DNA of 64,000 nucleotides from Escherichia coli (GCF_024223415.1 NZ_CP100500.1), one strand, 5' to 3'; positions 1 to 8,921 are shown, counted from the stretch's first letter. Notes: generated by a model from the sequence alone, not told the origin. Numbers and translations: made by a program.

Positions 1-378
1 CACCTGGACAATCGCGTGCTCTTCCTGTTTGAGGTTATCGGTAATGATACGCAGACGGCGGTAAGCCGGATCGTTCAGTTGAGCCGGATCTTCACCAGGA
101 AGGCGCTCAACCGCCTGCCGGGAATTAAATTCGTGTTTCGGCTTGACGTAGCCCGGACGCAACACGCGGGTTTCACCACCACGATGACGCAGCACTTTTC
201 CTTCAACAACCGGGGAGACATAGGCCGCCACCGGCGTTTTTCCGGTAATTTTGTCCAGCATCACCTCTTCGGTATGGAAATTCACCGTACGACGGAAAAA
301 CAGCTCCAGAAACAGCGCACGAAATTTCACTTTTTGTTCGGTATAACCGAGTAACTGGCGGGTCGTAAACAATCCCAT
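1..378 (-). CDS. Major capsid protein (lambda gpE-like), N-terminal part only; gene runs off window start
   Basis: ATG at 378 on minus strand; translation MGLFTTRQLLGYTEQKVKFRALFLELFF resembles lambda E N-terminus; follows D-like gene as in lambda. Confidence 0.85.
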   Translation of the reverse strand, partial: MGLFTTRQLLGYTEQKVKFRALFLELFFRRTVNFHTEEVMLDKITGKTPVAAYVSPVVEGKVLRHRGGETRVLRPGYVKPKHEFNSRQAVERLPGEDPAQLNDPAYRRLRIITDNLKQEEHAIVQV

Positions 379-435
379 AAATCAGTTCCTTTCATTCAGA
401 AATCAGTCAGGCCACCGCGGTGGCCTGATAACGTG

Positions 436-783
436 TTACGGCAGCGCCGCGTGACTCAGGGCACTACCGGCAAAGGCGTTGGCCTTTTTGTGTTCATCCA
501 CACTGTCAGGCCAGCGGATTGCCTCCGTCGCAAAGGTTCCCGACTTGTAATACGTCAGCACCGTCTCTGTGCCTTCAAGCGGCAGTACCAGTATGCCAAC
601 CGCACTACCGGCTTTCTGTCCGTCCCAGACCACCAGTTTCCCGGTGGCTTCATCCAGCATCAGGGGCGTCAGTGCCGGTGTTGGCGAGGAAATCCCGCTG
701 CTGCCTGTGGCGGTATGAGCCGGATCATTACCGGCAAAAATACGTACTTCCGCACGCTGTTCAGTGATGGTTTTCGTTACCAT
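436..783 (-). CDS. Head decoration protein (lambda gpD-like)
   Basis: 115 aa; motif NDPAHTATG...TPLMLD...KLVVWDG...AVGILV...YKSGTF matches gpD pattern; position between C and E. Confidence 0.8.
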   Translation of the reverse strand: MVTKTITEQRAEVRIFAGNDPAHTATGSSGISSPTPALTPLMLDEATGKLVVWDGQKAGSAVGILVLPLEGTETVLTYYKSGTFATEAIRWPDSVDEHKKANAFAGSALSHAALP

Positions 784-819
784 ATTGTAAAAACCTCCTA
801 TTGATGGTCAGCACTGGCT

Positions 820-2325
820 TCATGGCATGGCCATGAGCATTTTCACGTCCGCATCACCGTCTGCTGACGTCTGTGGCACGCCACCCTGTACCGCTGCCGG
901 TGAATGGTTCGCCATGAAATGTTCAAACATGGCGGTTGTGGATGCAGAGACCGGTTCTGCCTTACCTGATCCCGCAGCCAGCACAGCCCGGGCGTTCTCC
1001 ACGGTCATTCCCGGGCAGGCAGCCAGCTGTTCAGCCTGCGCCTCAGCCCCTTTTGCCTCATCCAGGGCCATGATCTGATCACGGAGTGATGGTCCGGCAT
1101 CCGCCTGCGGTGAAGCTGCCAGGATCGGGCGGGCTTTTTCCACCGTCATCTCCGGCATCGCCGCCAGCGTTGCCGCCAGTTGTTCACGACCTTTCGCCTC
1201 TTCACACGCCATAATGCGATCGGCTTCACTCTGCGCGGATGCCACCGGCTGCTGTGGTGCCGCCGCGGCCAGGATCTCCCGGGCCTGTTCAACGCTCATG
1301 CCCTGTTGTCCCGCCAGCATCGTGGCAAGCTGTTCACGTCCTTTCGCTTCCTTACTCGTCAGGATCCCCATCACTCGCTGGTTCTCCTGCGCGGCGGCTT
1401 CCGTTGCAGTTAATTGCGGCATAGTGCCTCCTGTATCATGTGTGTACAGCGCCGTGGTCATCACACTGATGGCATCCGACGCATTGACTAATTCATCCGC
1501 CAGCCCGGCCTCAATGCCGGACTGACCTTCAAAAACGGCGGCCTCTGTTCCCGTGACCACATCCACAGACAGCCCGGTATACATCGCCACTTTTTCGGCA
1601 AACATCCGGTGTGCCGCATCAATGCGCTGCTGCATGTCCTGACGCACCTCTTCCGGTAAGGCTTCAAACTGATTGCCATCCACCTTGTGCGCCCCGGCAT
1701 AAATCAGCGTGATATCCACACCGGCCTGCGCCAGATGACCGGCATAGCTGAGATGGCTCATCATCACGCCAATGGAGCCGATACGGGATGTCTGGGTAAC
1801 CAGCCGTCGGGAGCAGGCCGACGCCAGCAGCATGGCTGCAGAACAGGCCGTGTCATTGCACAGTGCCCAGACCGGCTTCTGCTGACGGAGGCGGTAAATC
1901 ATGTCAGCGCAGTCAAACGCGCCTGCGACCTGCCCGCCCGGACTGTCAATGTCCAGCAGTACGCCCCGGACAGCGGTGTCCGCCATTGCCTGCTGAAGAC
2001 AGGCGACAATGCCGTCATAGCCTGTCATTCCGGAAAATGGCCGCATACCACCCAGCCGGTGCACCAGCATGCCGGTCACCGGCAGTACAGCAATACCGTT
2101 CACCACCCGGTAAACACGGGCCGGTCGTTTACCTCCGGCCATGTACTCGTCCGTTTCAGCCAGCATTCCGGGAGCATCAAGCTGTACCTGCTGTTGTGGT
2201 ACCGAAAGACTTGCTGCCCCCATCTCGCGCCCGAGCGCGCAAAAGAAAACCCGCGCATAGGCGGGCTCCAGAAGCAGCGGTTCATTGAATGCTGCGGCAA
2301 TAATGTGTGAAAGATTACGTCTCAC
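820..2325 (-). CDS. Head maturation protease / scaffold (lambda gpC/Nu3-like, S49 ClpP-like peptidase)
   Basis: 501 aa, GTG start; AFNEPLLLEPAYARVFFCAL and SIGVMM...LIYAG.HKVDGN motifs as in lambda C; C-terminal scaffold motif triplicated. Confidence 0.85.
   Translation of the reverse strand: MRRNLSHIIAAAFNEPLLLEPAYARVFFCALGREMGAASLSVPQQQVQLDAPGMLAETDEYMAGGKRPARVYRVVNGIAVLPVTGMLVHRLGGMRPFSGMTGYDGIVACLQQAMADTAVRGVLLDIDSPGGQVAGAFDCADMIYRLRQQKPVWALCNDTACSAAMLLASACSRRLVTQTSRIGSIGVMMSHLSYAGHLAQAGVDITLIYAGAHKVDGNQFEALPEEVRQDMQQRIDAAHRMFAEKVAMYTGLSVDVVTGTEAAVFEGQSGIEAGLADELVNASDAISVMTTALYTHDTGGTMPQLTATEAAAQENQRVMGILTSKEAKGREQLATMLAGQQGMSVEQAREILAAAAPQQPVASAQSEADRIMACEEAKGREQLAATLAAMPEMTVEKARPILAASPQADAGPSLRDQIMALDEAKGAEAQAEQLAACPGMTVENARAVLAAGSGKAEPVSASTTAMFEHFMANHSPAAVQGGVPQTSADGDADVKMLMAMP
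970..1374 (-). repeat. Three tandem ~45-48 codon in-frame repeats inside the C/Nu3 scaffold region (EAKGREQLAxxLAxxPGMTVExARxILAA)
   Basis: Protein residues ~318-452 show three consecutive copies; nucleotide repeats visible (cagctgttcagcctgcgcctc / cagttgttcacgacctttcgcctc / aagctgttcacgtcctttcgcttc on plus strand). Confidence 0.7.
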
Positions 2326-3907
2326 GTGGTGTTGTCTCCTCTTCCGGCCTGCGACTCGCCGCTATCTGCTGCTGATACGCCTGCGCTATCCACACCGGAC
2401 GTGAGAGTCCGGCTTTTTCCCGCTCTGCAGATTCCCTGACCTGCTGGCGGAAAATGTCCTGATAATCCTCACCCATCAGCGCCAGCTCTTTCTCATACGT
2501 GCTCAGTCCGGCCTCAATGCGCATCACCGATTCCTGGACCTCCTTGAGCCCGTCAATGGCCATTCTTCCGGCTCCAATCCACTCTGCCCGTGACCAGGAT
2601 GAACGCGCCTGATAAAAATCAAAACGCGCCCGTGGCGGACGAATAATCCCCCGCAGAAGAGCCTCTTCCAGCCAGCAGGAAAACATCTGCGTGGCCAGCC
2701 GGGCCGCAATAAATTTTCGCCGCCCCATAAAATAGCGCCACGACTCATTGGCGGAGGCGCGGGCACTTGAATAACTGACCTTCGAGTAATCACGGGACAA
2801 CTGTTCGTAGGAAACGCCAAGACCGGCGGCGATATACCGCAGCAGCGCCTGTTCAAGCGCAGAAAATCCATTGTCTGAATCCTGCGCAGTCTGTAGTTTC
2901 AGATCATCACCGGGGAAAAGGTGCGGAATTTTGACACCGCCCAGTGTCACGTTATTCGTGTCATACCAGCTGGAGAACTTCTCCAGAATATTAATAAGCG
3001 GATTATCCTTCTGCCCCTCCGGCGCACCGGCGATATATTCAAAGGCCTTTTCGGTATCAAGTTCACTTTCAATCGTCGCTGCATACATCGCCTTCACTAT
3101 GGCTGACTGAAGCTGTGTTGCCTGCAGGGAATCGAGCATTTTCAGCCGTTCCATGACGCTGTAAAACTGATTAGCCCCACGGGTCTGCCCGTCCTCAACC
3201 GGCTCGAAAATATGCAGCATGGCCGGACGCCCGGTGGGAAGTTCACGCGGGATCCGTTCCCATCGTCCACTACCAGAGAGCGGAAAATCATCCTCACAGA
3301 TATGGTACGCAACGGCCCGTCCATGCCGATCGACCTCCACCCCGGCCCGCAGAAAGCGGTTCCCCATACCGTGTCCAGGCGTGTCCACCCGTTTCGGACT
3401 CACGGCTTTAAAACGCGTACGAAACAGCTGCGTAGTCTCCGCATCCCAGACCGGCTGCACAAAGATTTCGCCGTTAAACGCATGAACGCCCACGCCTTCC
3501 CGGATAAATTCCGTGAACGTGCGTTTTCCTTCCACGTCGATCTCGCCAGACATCCCTTCGGCGTATTCCGACCAGGCCGCCTCCACCTCATCGACAAAGC
3601 TTTTTGCTGCGGTCTCCCGCATCCCCAGCCAGCGCCAGTTCGGACGGTAGCTGATCAGAAACATATGCCCGACTATGTGATCCTTATGCAGGGCCACCGC
3701 ATTAGCCGCTATTCCGTTATTGCGCACCAGATCATCTGCCCGGGCATTCCCCAGACGCAACGCGGGCAGCAGGGCCGCATCGACACTCTGCGCCGGTGGC
3801 AACCACTCCGCCATTTGCCCGCCAAATCCTGCGCCGCCCCCGTTGTAGCTGAGACTCTCACGAAGCGGAACGCCGTTCACATCAATCAGGACAGGCGTTC
3901 TTTTCAT
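2315..3907 (-). CDS. Portal protein (lambda gpB-like)
   Basis: 530 aa; position between W and C; size and order as in lambda. Confidence 0.85.
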   Translation of the reverse strand: MKRTPVLIDVNGVPLRESLSYNGGGAGFGGQMAEWLPPAQSVDAALLPALRLGNARADDLVRNNGIAANAVALHKDHIVGHMFLISYRPNWRWLGMRETAAKSFVDEVEAAWSEYAEGMSGEIDVEGKRTFTEFIREGVGVHAFNGEIFVQPVWDAETTQLFRTRFKAVSPKRVDTPGHGMGNRFLRAGVEVDRHGRAVAYHICEDDFPLSGSGRWERIPRELPTGRPAMLHIFEPVEDGQTRGANQFYSVMERLKMLDSLQATQLQSAIVKAMYAATIESELDTEKAFEYIAGAPEGQKDNPLINILEKFSSWYDTNNVTLGGVKIPHLFPGDDLKLQTAQDSDNGFSALEQALLRYIAAGLGVSYEQLSRDYSKVSYSSARASANESWRYFMGRRKFIAARLATQMFSCWLEEALLRGIIRPPRARFDFYQARSSWSRAEWIGAGRMAIDGLKEVQESVMRIEAGLSTYEKELALMGEDYQDIFRQQVRESAEREKAGLSRPVWIAQAYQQQIAASRRPEEETTPRET

Positions 3908-4110
3908 AACCTCACTCCCAGCGGACGACGGCGACGTCGGGTTGTCCCCAGTACCGACTCCGCATCATTGATCGCCCGGTTAAGCTCATCCAGAGAAGCC
4001 GCCGTATATTCAATTCTGCGACCATCTTTCTGGACAGACACCACCCGTTTACCGGTTAATAAATCAAGGCGCGCCTGACGCAGCGCCTGCAGTTCAGCGA
4101 CTGTAACCAT
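3904..4110 (-). CDS. Head completion / head-tail joining protein (lambda gpW-like)
   Basis: 68 aa; LTGKRVVSVQKDGRRIEYTAASL resembles lambda W ([22 protein letters not shown]). Confidence 0.8.
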   Translation of the reverse strand: MVTVAELQALRQARLDLLTGKRVVSVQKDGRRIEYTAASLDELNRAINDAESVLGTTRRRRRPLGVRL

Positions 4111-6022
4111 TCACTCCTCCGGACAGCTTCGCTGCCAGTTCTTTAAGGGTTGGCCGGGTCGTCTCTTCTTCCCGGGATTTTGCCAGTACAGCCAGATCAA
4201 GCTGCCAGCGTTGCACGGACACACGTAATGCCGCGTAGGCATACACCAGGCAGTCCAGCGCTTCGTTACGCCGCTTTTTGTTATCCCACAGCAGACGCAT
4301 CTTTCCTTTTTCCCACTTCTCCACAAGCTCTTCCGCGACCAGTTGCTGCGCCTCTGTCTGCGAAAAAATCTCCGGATCATCAGGAAAACGGATGGCATAC
4401 GACGTGGATTCATCCGCAGGCGTGGGAGCGGCTTTCATACGGGCATAGAGAATTTCTTTTGCGGTGTCCGTCCCCACTTCACACAGATACACGCCCCGCT
4501 GATTGCGGGTTTTTGGCATGGTGATCACCGGCTTGCCATAGACAGATGCGCCTTTTACCGGCAGCACCCGGAAAACACCGTGTTTTTTTGACCTCTGATA
4601 AACGATTTCGCCATCGATCCCCCCGATGTCCCAGCAGACACGGGAAATGGTCATTTCGGTTCCGTCTGCATGGCAGTATTTTTTGTTGATCGCCGCATCC
4701 ACACGTAACAGCGTCTCTTCCTCATCGGGACGTCCCATAATGATGATTTTATCCACCAGAAAGGCTTCCTCTCCCGGAGCCCATCCCCAGACATACATCT
4801 CAAAACGGTTTCGCTGCGAGTCAATGCCCGCCGTCAGATAAACCACCCGGGCAGGCACCGCCGCCGTGTAACGCACAACCTTATCCATCAGTACCTGGTG
4901 ATCGAGTTTTTCGCCCACGGCCTCTTCCCAGGTCTCGCCCAGCGTGGTGTTCACAAAGGTTTTCAGGCCGTTGGGATCTTTCAGTGCATCCAGCCAGTCA
5001 TAGACTATCTGTACCCAGGTGGTGAACGGACTGTACGCCGTCCAGATATGGAAAGTGATGGAGCGCGGCGGCGGAATTTCATCACCCCGGGCGCTGAAAA
5101 ACGTCAGACCGTCACGGGTCCACATCCCCGTGTTTTCACAGATCCACCGCCCGTTACTCTGGTCAAGCTCAGACTGATGGATCACACAGCCATGATGCTC
5201 ACAAAGGTAGAAAACACTTTCTGGCTTATTCTTCTCCCACTTAAGACCGAAAGCCGAGGCATCATCACCAAATTTCAGATACTGCTCCTCCCCACAGTGC
5301 GGACAGGGCACATAAAAACGCATGAAATGTGCCGACTCGTTAGCGGCTTTTTCGATCTGGCAGGAGCCTTTGATTTTAGGCGTCGAGCCGCGAATGGATT
5401 TTGGCCATACAGAGCCCTCAATACGCTTATCCCCCAGCAGGGTTGGCGAGCCCTCTTTTTCAACATCAGGTTCAAACGATGAGAGTTCGTCATAGCAGAC
5501 CACGTCCACGGATTTTTCACGGTAGTTTTTGGCGGCAGCGCCGCCCAGGCACCAGAAACCGACGCCCGATGAAAAGCGTTTCAGCGTGAGGGTATTATCA
5601 CGATGTTTACGACCCAGCCATGGGGAAAGGTCTTTCAGGCATGGCACGTCCCTAATCGTCGTCTCCACGTGAGACTTCATAAAATCTTCAGCGGCAGAAT
5701 CCGTGGGCTGAAAAAGCAGACTGTTTCGGGATTTATGCTCAATAAAATACCCGACCACCCCCAGCAACATCTTTGTATAACCAATACGGGCAGATTTAAT
5801 CAGATTAACAGTGCGGATCAGGTCATTACCCATACTGTTCATGATGGCGATCTGGAACGGCAGCGTTTTCCATTCGCCGTCACCGTATGAGGATTCTTTA
5901 GGCAGATAATAATACTGGTCAGCCCATTCAACTGCCGTCATCGGTACAACCCTGACCAGAGGCTGCAGCGCAACCGAAACGGCAGCCATCAGATTATTCA
6001 GTTGTTGCTCTGATATATTCAT
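4094..6022 (-). CDS. Terminase large subunit (lambda gpA-like)
   Basis: 642 aa from ATG at 6022 (MNISEQQLNN); ORF-track start at 6079 is a non-ATG upstream extension; overlaps Nu1-like gene end as in lambda. Confidence 0.88.
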   Translation of the reverse strand: MNISEQQLNNLMAAVSVALQPLVRVVPMTAVEWADQYYYLPKESSYGDGEWKTLPFQIAIMNSMGNDLIRTVNLIKSARIGYTKMLLGVVGYFIEHKSRNSLLFQPTDSAAEDFMKSHVETTIRDVPCLKDLSPWLGRKHRDNTLTLKRFSSGVGFWCLGGAAAKNYREKSVDVVCYDELSSFEPDVEKEGSPTLLGDKRIEGSVWPKSIRGSTPKIKGSCQIEKAANESAHFMRFYVPCPHCGEEQYLKFGDDASAFGLKWEKNKPESVFYLCEHHGCVIHQSELDQSNGRWICENTGMWTRDGLTFFSARGDEIPPPRSITFHIWTAYSPFTTWVQIVYDWLDALKDPNGLKTFVNTTLGETWEEAVGEKLDHQVLMDKVVRYTAAVPARVVYLTAGIDSQRNRFEMYVWGWAPGEEAFLVDKIIIMGRPDEEETLLRVDAAINKKYCHADGTEMTISRVCWDIGGIDGEIVYQRSKKHGVFRVLPVKGASVYGKPVITMPKTRNQRGVYLCEVGTDTAKEILYARMKAAPTPADESTSYAIRFPDDPEIFSQTEAQQLVAEELVEKWEKGKMRLLWDNKKRRNEALDCLVYAYAALRVSVQRWQLDLAVLAKSREEETTRPTLKELAAKLSGGVNGYSR

Positions 6023-6503
6023 CCAGCAAATCCGGTAATTTATCCCCTGCCCGCGCACACTGATTTGCCCCCTTCGCAATAAGGGTTTTCAGATGGTCAA
6101 GATGGCGCGGTGTTAAATCAGGAAACTGTCGTTGCATGGATAAAGGGATGGAATCAAGCGTACTGGATAACGCCATTGCCAGCTTGCTGAGGGCAAAAAT
6201 ACAGAATCCGGTGTCAATAAGTTTTCCTTTTGACACCTCATTTTTTAACTGCTGTGTAACAGCCTGTTCTGCTGTCAGTTCCCATCTGGCAATAAGCAAT
6301 TTCTCCTCATAGTCGTCTTCGCTATCGCCATCAGGCACATCGTTTTTACTTCTTCTCAGATACGATATGTAAAAATCACGCCAGGCATCCAGATCCAGTT
6401 GCCCTCGCTTATTCGATATCGGGGCACCCGGCAATTTCTGCAGTCTGCGAAGCTGGCGATCGGTCAGACTCAAATGCCTGGCAACTTCAGTCTGCGTAGC
6501 CAC
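5994..6503 (-). CDS. Terminase small subunit (Nu1-like, N-terminal HTH)
   Basis: 169 aa, GTG start; C-terminal half FCIFALSKLAMALSSTLDSIPLSMQRQFPDLTPRHLDHL resembles lambda Nu1; directly downstream of cos. Confidence 0.75.
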   Translation of the reverse strand: MATQTEVARHLSLTDRQLRRLQKLPGAPISNKRGQLDLDAWRDFYISYLRRSKNDVPDGDSEDDYEEKLLIARWELTAEQAVTQQLKNEVSKGKLIDTGFCIFALSKLAMALSSTLDSIPLSMQRQFPDLTPRHLDHLKTLIAKGANQCARAGDKLPDLLDEYIRATTE

Positions 6504-6577
6504 TGTTCACCTCGCAAAAAATCTCCCCTCATGCGTTTTAAACATGCATCTTGCGAGCAACTTTATGCAAACGCACG

Positions 6578-6760
6578 CATATGTCCGGTTTGTTTGTACA
6601 TTTTTTGCACATGTCCGGTTCGCAGAAAGCATGTTTTTATATTTTTCATATAGTTAACTTGCAGAGAAACCGGACATGGATCCCGGAAAATTTTCATAAA
6701 TAGCGAAAACGCGCGAGGTCGACGCCCCGTAACCTGTTGGATCGCCGGAAAGGACCCGAA
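6578..6760 (-). other. cos site: cosB-like R repeats ATGTCCGGTT (6581-6590, 6611-6620 direct; 6668-6677 inverted), cosN 12-nt cohesive end GGGCGTCGACCT on minus strand (6716-6727), cosQ-like flank (6735-6760)
   Basis: Minus-strand sequence GGGCGTCGACCTCGCGCGTTTTCGCTATTTATGAAAATTTTCCGG nearly identical to lambda left end as recalled; other flank CGGGTCCTTTCCGGCGATCCAACAGGTTACG matches lambda right end. Confidence 0.75.
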
Positions 6761-6878
6761 AAAAACGAGAATAATTATCACTTACAGCAAGAATCGAATC
6801 TGATCTATTCTGATGCTTGCTATTATGTGCCGGCACAAGTGCGTCGTTTACCGTCATTTCACACAGAGGCATCATCAA

Positions 6879-7130
6879 ATGAAAATCAGAAATATTCTCG
6901 CTATCTCCCTTGCAACATCATCCTTCAGTTGCCTGGCATTTAAACCCTCGCCCAATGTGCTACCAGGACCAACGAATCAACTAACTGCGGTAGAAAGTAA
7001 AATTATCGGACATTTTTATGCCCCACACAGTGCATTACCCGGAACAACCATCACAGGGACATGTGACGCCTCCCCCATTCCGGGATGCACCTGTCCGTTT
7101 TGTACTATGCTGCGTAGCCAAAACCGATAA
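6879..7130 (+). CDS. Hypothetical small secreted Cys-containing protein (83 aa, predicted signal peptide)
   Basis: ATG at 6879 with AGAGG upstream; N-terminus MKIRNILAISLATSSFSCLA is signal-peptide-like; C-terminus TGTCDASPIPGCTCPFCT has 4 Cys; no homolog recognised. Confidence 0.35.
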   Translation: MKIRNILAISLATSSFSCLAFKPSPNVLPGPTNQLTAVESKIIGHFYAPHSALPGTTITGTCDASPIPGCTCPFCTMLRSQNR

Positions 7131-7494
7131 CATCCGCATTTACCTGGTATTCCATGATGAGTTCACGCAGCGACTGATAGAGTAAGGAAAGATGGTTAGC
7201 AAAAGCAAAGGCGCATTGCCGCCGCATGCTGCAGGCATTGCAACAGACGAGAGCAGGTATTTTTGACCAGTTGGAAAACTGCCAGCATACTTTGCCCGAG
7301 CATATCGCCATCTCATCGGAAACCAGTGCAACTCTTATTCATCGGGTTACACCAGAGAAAAAGAAGAAATGAACAGTGAGGCGTTGTGTGGCATACAACG
7401 CCTTCTTCCATCATTTCTCGTCAGCCATGACAAAAATATAACCGCTGGCTCTTTCATTTTTCTCCTGCTTCCAGCCCCTCTCTACCTGGAAGCA

Positions 7495-7821
7495 TCAGGG
7501 ACGTGATGGCGTAAAGATAAATTGTCTCTTCACTCCCTGACGGGGACTATTCTTTTCAAATCTCCATTTCGCCATGGCCTTCACCACTTCATCACGAAAC
7601 AAATTATGAGGCTCTGAGCGGAGAAAAACGATCCGTGTCACAGTCCCGTCAGCACCAATATCGAACTTAACCTCAACCAGCCCCTTGATATAATTTGCTG
7701 CAGCATATTCCGGATATCGTGGATACACCGTCACTAATTGCCGGGGCTCATCAGCTTTTTGCTGCGAGCATCCCACTGCCAGGGCAGATAACAGAAAAAG
7801 TAGTGAAAGGCGTCTTTTCAT
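7495..7821 (-). CDS. Lipoprotein with TonB C-terminal-domain-like module (prophage moron, bor position)
   Basis: Start at internal ATG 7821 (MKRRLSLLFLLSALAVGC, lipobox AVGC); YPRYPEYAAANYIKGLVEVKFDIGADGTVTRIVFL...FRDEVVKAMAKWRFE parallels host TonB C-terminus [35 protein letters not shown]...[15 protein letters not shown] encoded at 29193-29912. Confidence 0.65.
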   Translation of the reverse strand: MKRRLSLLFLLSALAVGCSQQKADEPRQLVTVYPRYPEYAAANYIKGLVEVKFDIGADGTVTRIVFLRSEPHNLFRDEVVKAMAKWRFEKNSPRQGVKRQFIFTPSRP

Positions 7822-8254
7822 TTTTATTCCTACGGGTCTTATTCTGACAATATATCCTGTGTTCCAGACTGCCACATCACCACATCCTGTGCCATTATCT
7901 GACTCACATTACATACATCGCATCAGGATACAGTAGTAGCACTTTCTGTAATACAGCTTCCGGTTTCTTCCACCATCGCACCGGACTGGCGAGCATGAGG
8001 GACAAACCCGCGAACCATAAACGCGGTAAAAACCCGGTGTGCATCGTTTTTGATTATTCCCGCACACTCGCGCAGAAGGAGTTCCCCGTCGGGCTACGGT
8101 CATGGTTAATGCGGGAATACAGCGACGATACAGCGCATGATGTGTCAGGCTTGAATACCTTTATCCGTTAAAAGGGATATCAGTTAAGTTATCCCGTGTA
8201 GGGTATAAGCCATTATCAAAGCCACTCTGTAGGGAGTGGCTTTTGTAATGGCAA

Positions 8255-8279
8255 TAAAAAAGCCCCGCGAATGCGAGGC
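8255..8279 (-). terminator. Rho-independent terminator downstream of lysis cassette
   Basis: Minus-strand RNA GCCUCGCAUUCGCGGGGC (7-bp GC-rich stem, tetraloop) followed by UUUUUU. Confidence 0.5.
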
Positions 8280-8453
8280 TAAATCCAGGTATTTTTAATG
8301 ACTGGCTCTTATCTCAACGCAGCCCCTTACCGCGCGCCAGATGCTCAATATCAAGCATCAGCAATGAGATGTTTAATCTGGATTCACTCCAGAAGTGATC
8401 ACCACCCTGTCTACAGAGCCAGATGTGAAGGATGATGAGTAAAATTATCGCTA

Positions 8454-8921
8454 TCATCGAAGGCATTGCGTCCTGATGTATTCCTGAAGCGTTCTCAGTG
8501 CTGTTTGGTCGCGGATAATTCCGTCCCGGACACCGAGAACGTTTCGTCCAGCAACTGGAGAGAGTTCGACGGTGGCATCATTGCCCATGCCGGAGGCGCT
8601 GGAGGTTTCGGCTGAGGATGGCACAGGGCATTTTCCTTTGACGAGCACCCTGCCACCATTATCAAGCTTGCGCCGAAGAGCATCATTTTCAGCTTTCGCA
8701 TCAGCTAACTCCTTCGTGTATTTTGCATCGAGCGCAGCAACATCACGCTGACGCTGCTGCATGTCAGCGATGGTGGCGGTCGCCTGCTTCAGCTCACTGA
8801 CTTTTTTATCACGTTGTTCTTTGTAGGCTATGGCGTTATCACGGTAATGATTGACCGCCAACGACAGGCAGACGATGATGCAGATAACCAGAGCATAAAT
8901 AATCGCGGCGACTCTGCTCAC
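8454..8921 (-). CDS. Rz i-spanin
   Basis: GTG at 8921 overlaps endolysin TGA (GTGA); N-terminal TM segment then coiled-coil-like region; contains embedded Rz1 frame. Confidence 0.7.
   Translation of the reverse strand: MSRVAAIIYALVICIIVCLSLAVNHYRDNAIAYKEQRDKKVSELKQATATIADMQQRQRDVAALDAKYTKELADAKAENDALRRKLDNGGRVLVKGKCPVPSSAETSSASGMGNDATVELSPVAGRNVLGVRDGIIRDQTALRTLQEYIRTQCLR
8495..8701 (-). CDS. Rz1 o-spanin lipoprotein, embedded in Rz in alternate frame
   Basis: ATG at 8701; [19 protein letters not shown] lipoprotein signal; Pro-rich [16 protein letters not shown] typical of Rz1. Confidence 0.7.
   Translation of the reverse strand: MRKLKMMLFGASLIMVAGCSSKENALCHPQPKPPAPPAWAMMPPSNSLQLLDETFSVSGTELSATKQH

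Noticed and set aside
16-804. Plus-strand ORFs 16-354, 433-804 and 519-767 at the window start
   Set aside because: Antisense shadows of the minus-strand capsid E and decoration D genes, whose translations show clear lambda homology.
1180-2310. Plus-strand ORFs 1687-2310 (207 aa), 1863-2288 and others inside the protease/scaffold gene
   Set aside because: Opposite strand of a well-supported gene; Arg/Pro/Cys-rich low-complexity translations typical of antisense frames.
3212-4078. Plus-strand 288-aa ORF across portal and W genes
   Set aside because: Antisense to strongly supported portal gene; Arg-rich composition.
7909-8103. Minus-strand 64-aa Cys/Arg-rich ORF between the lipoprotein and Rz
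   Set aside because: No RBS, odd composition, overlaps hairpins; probably non-coding.
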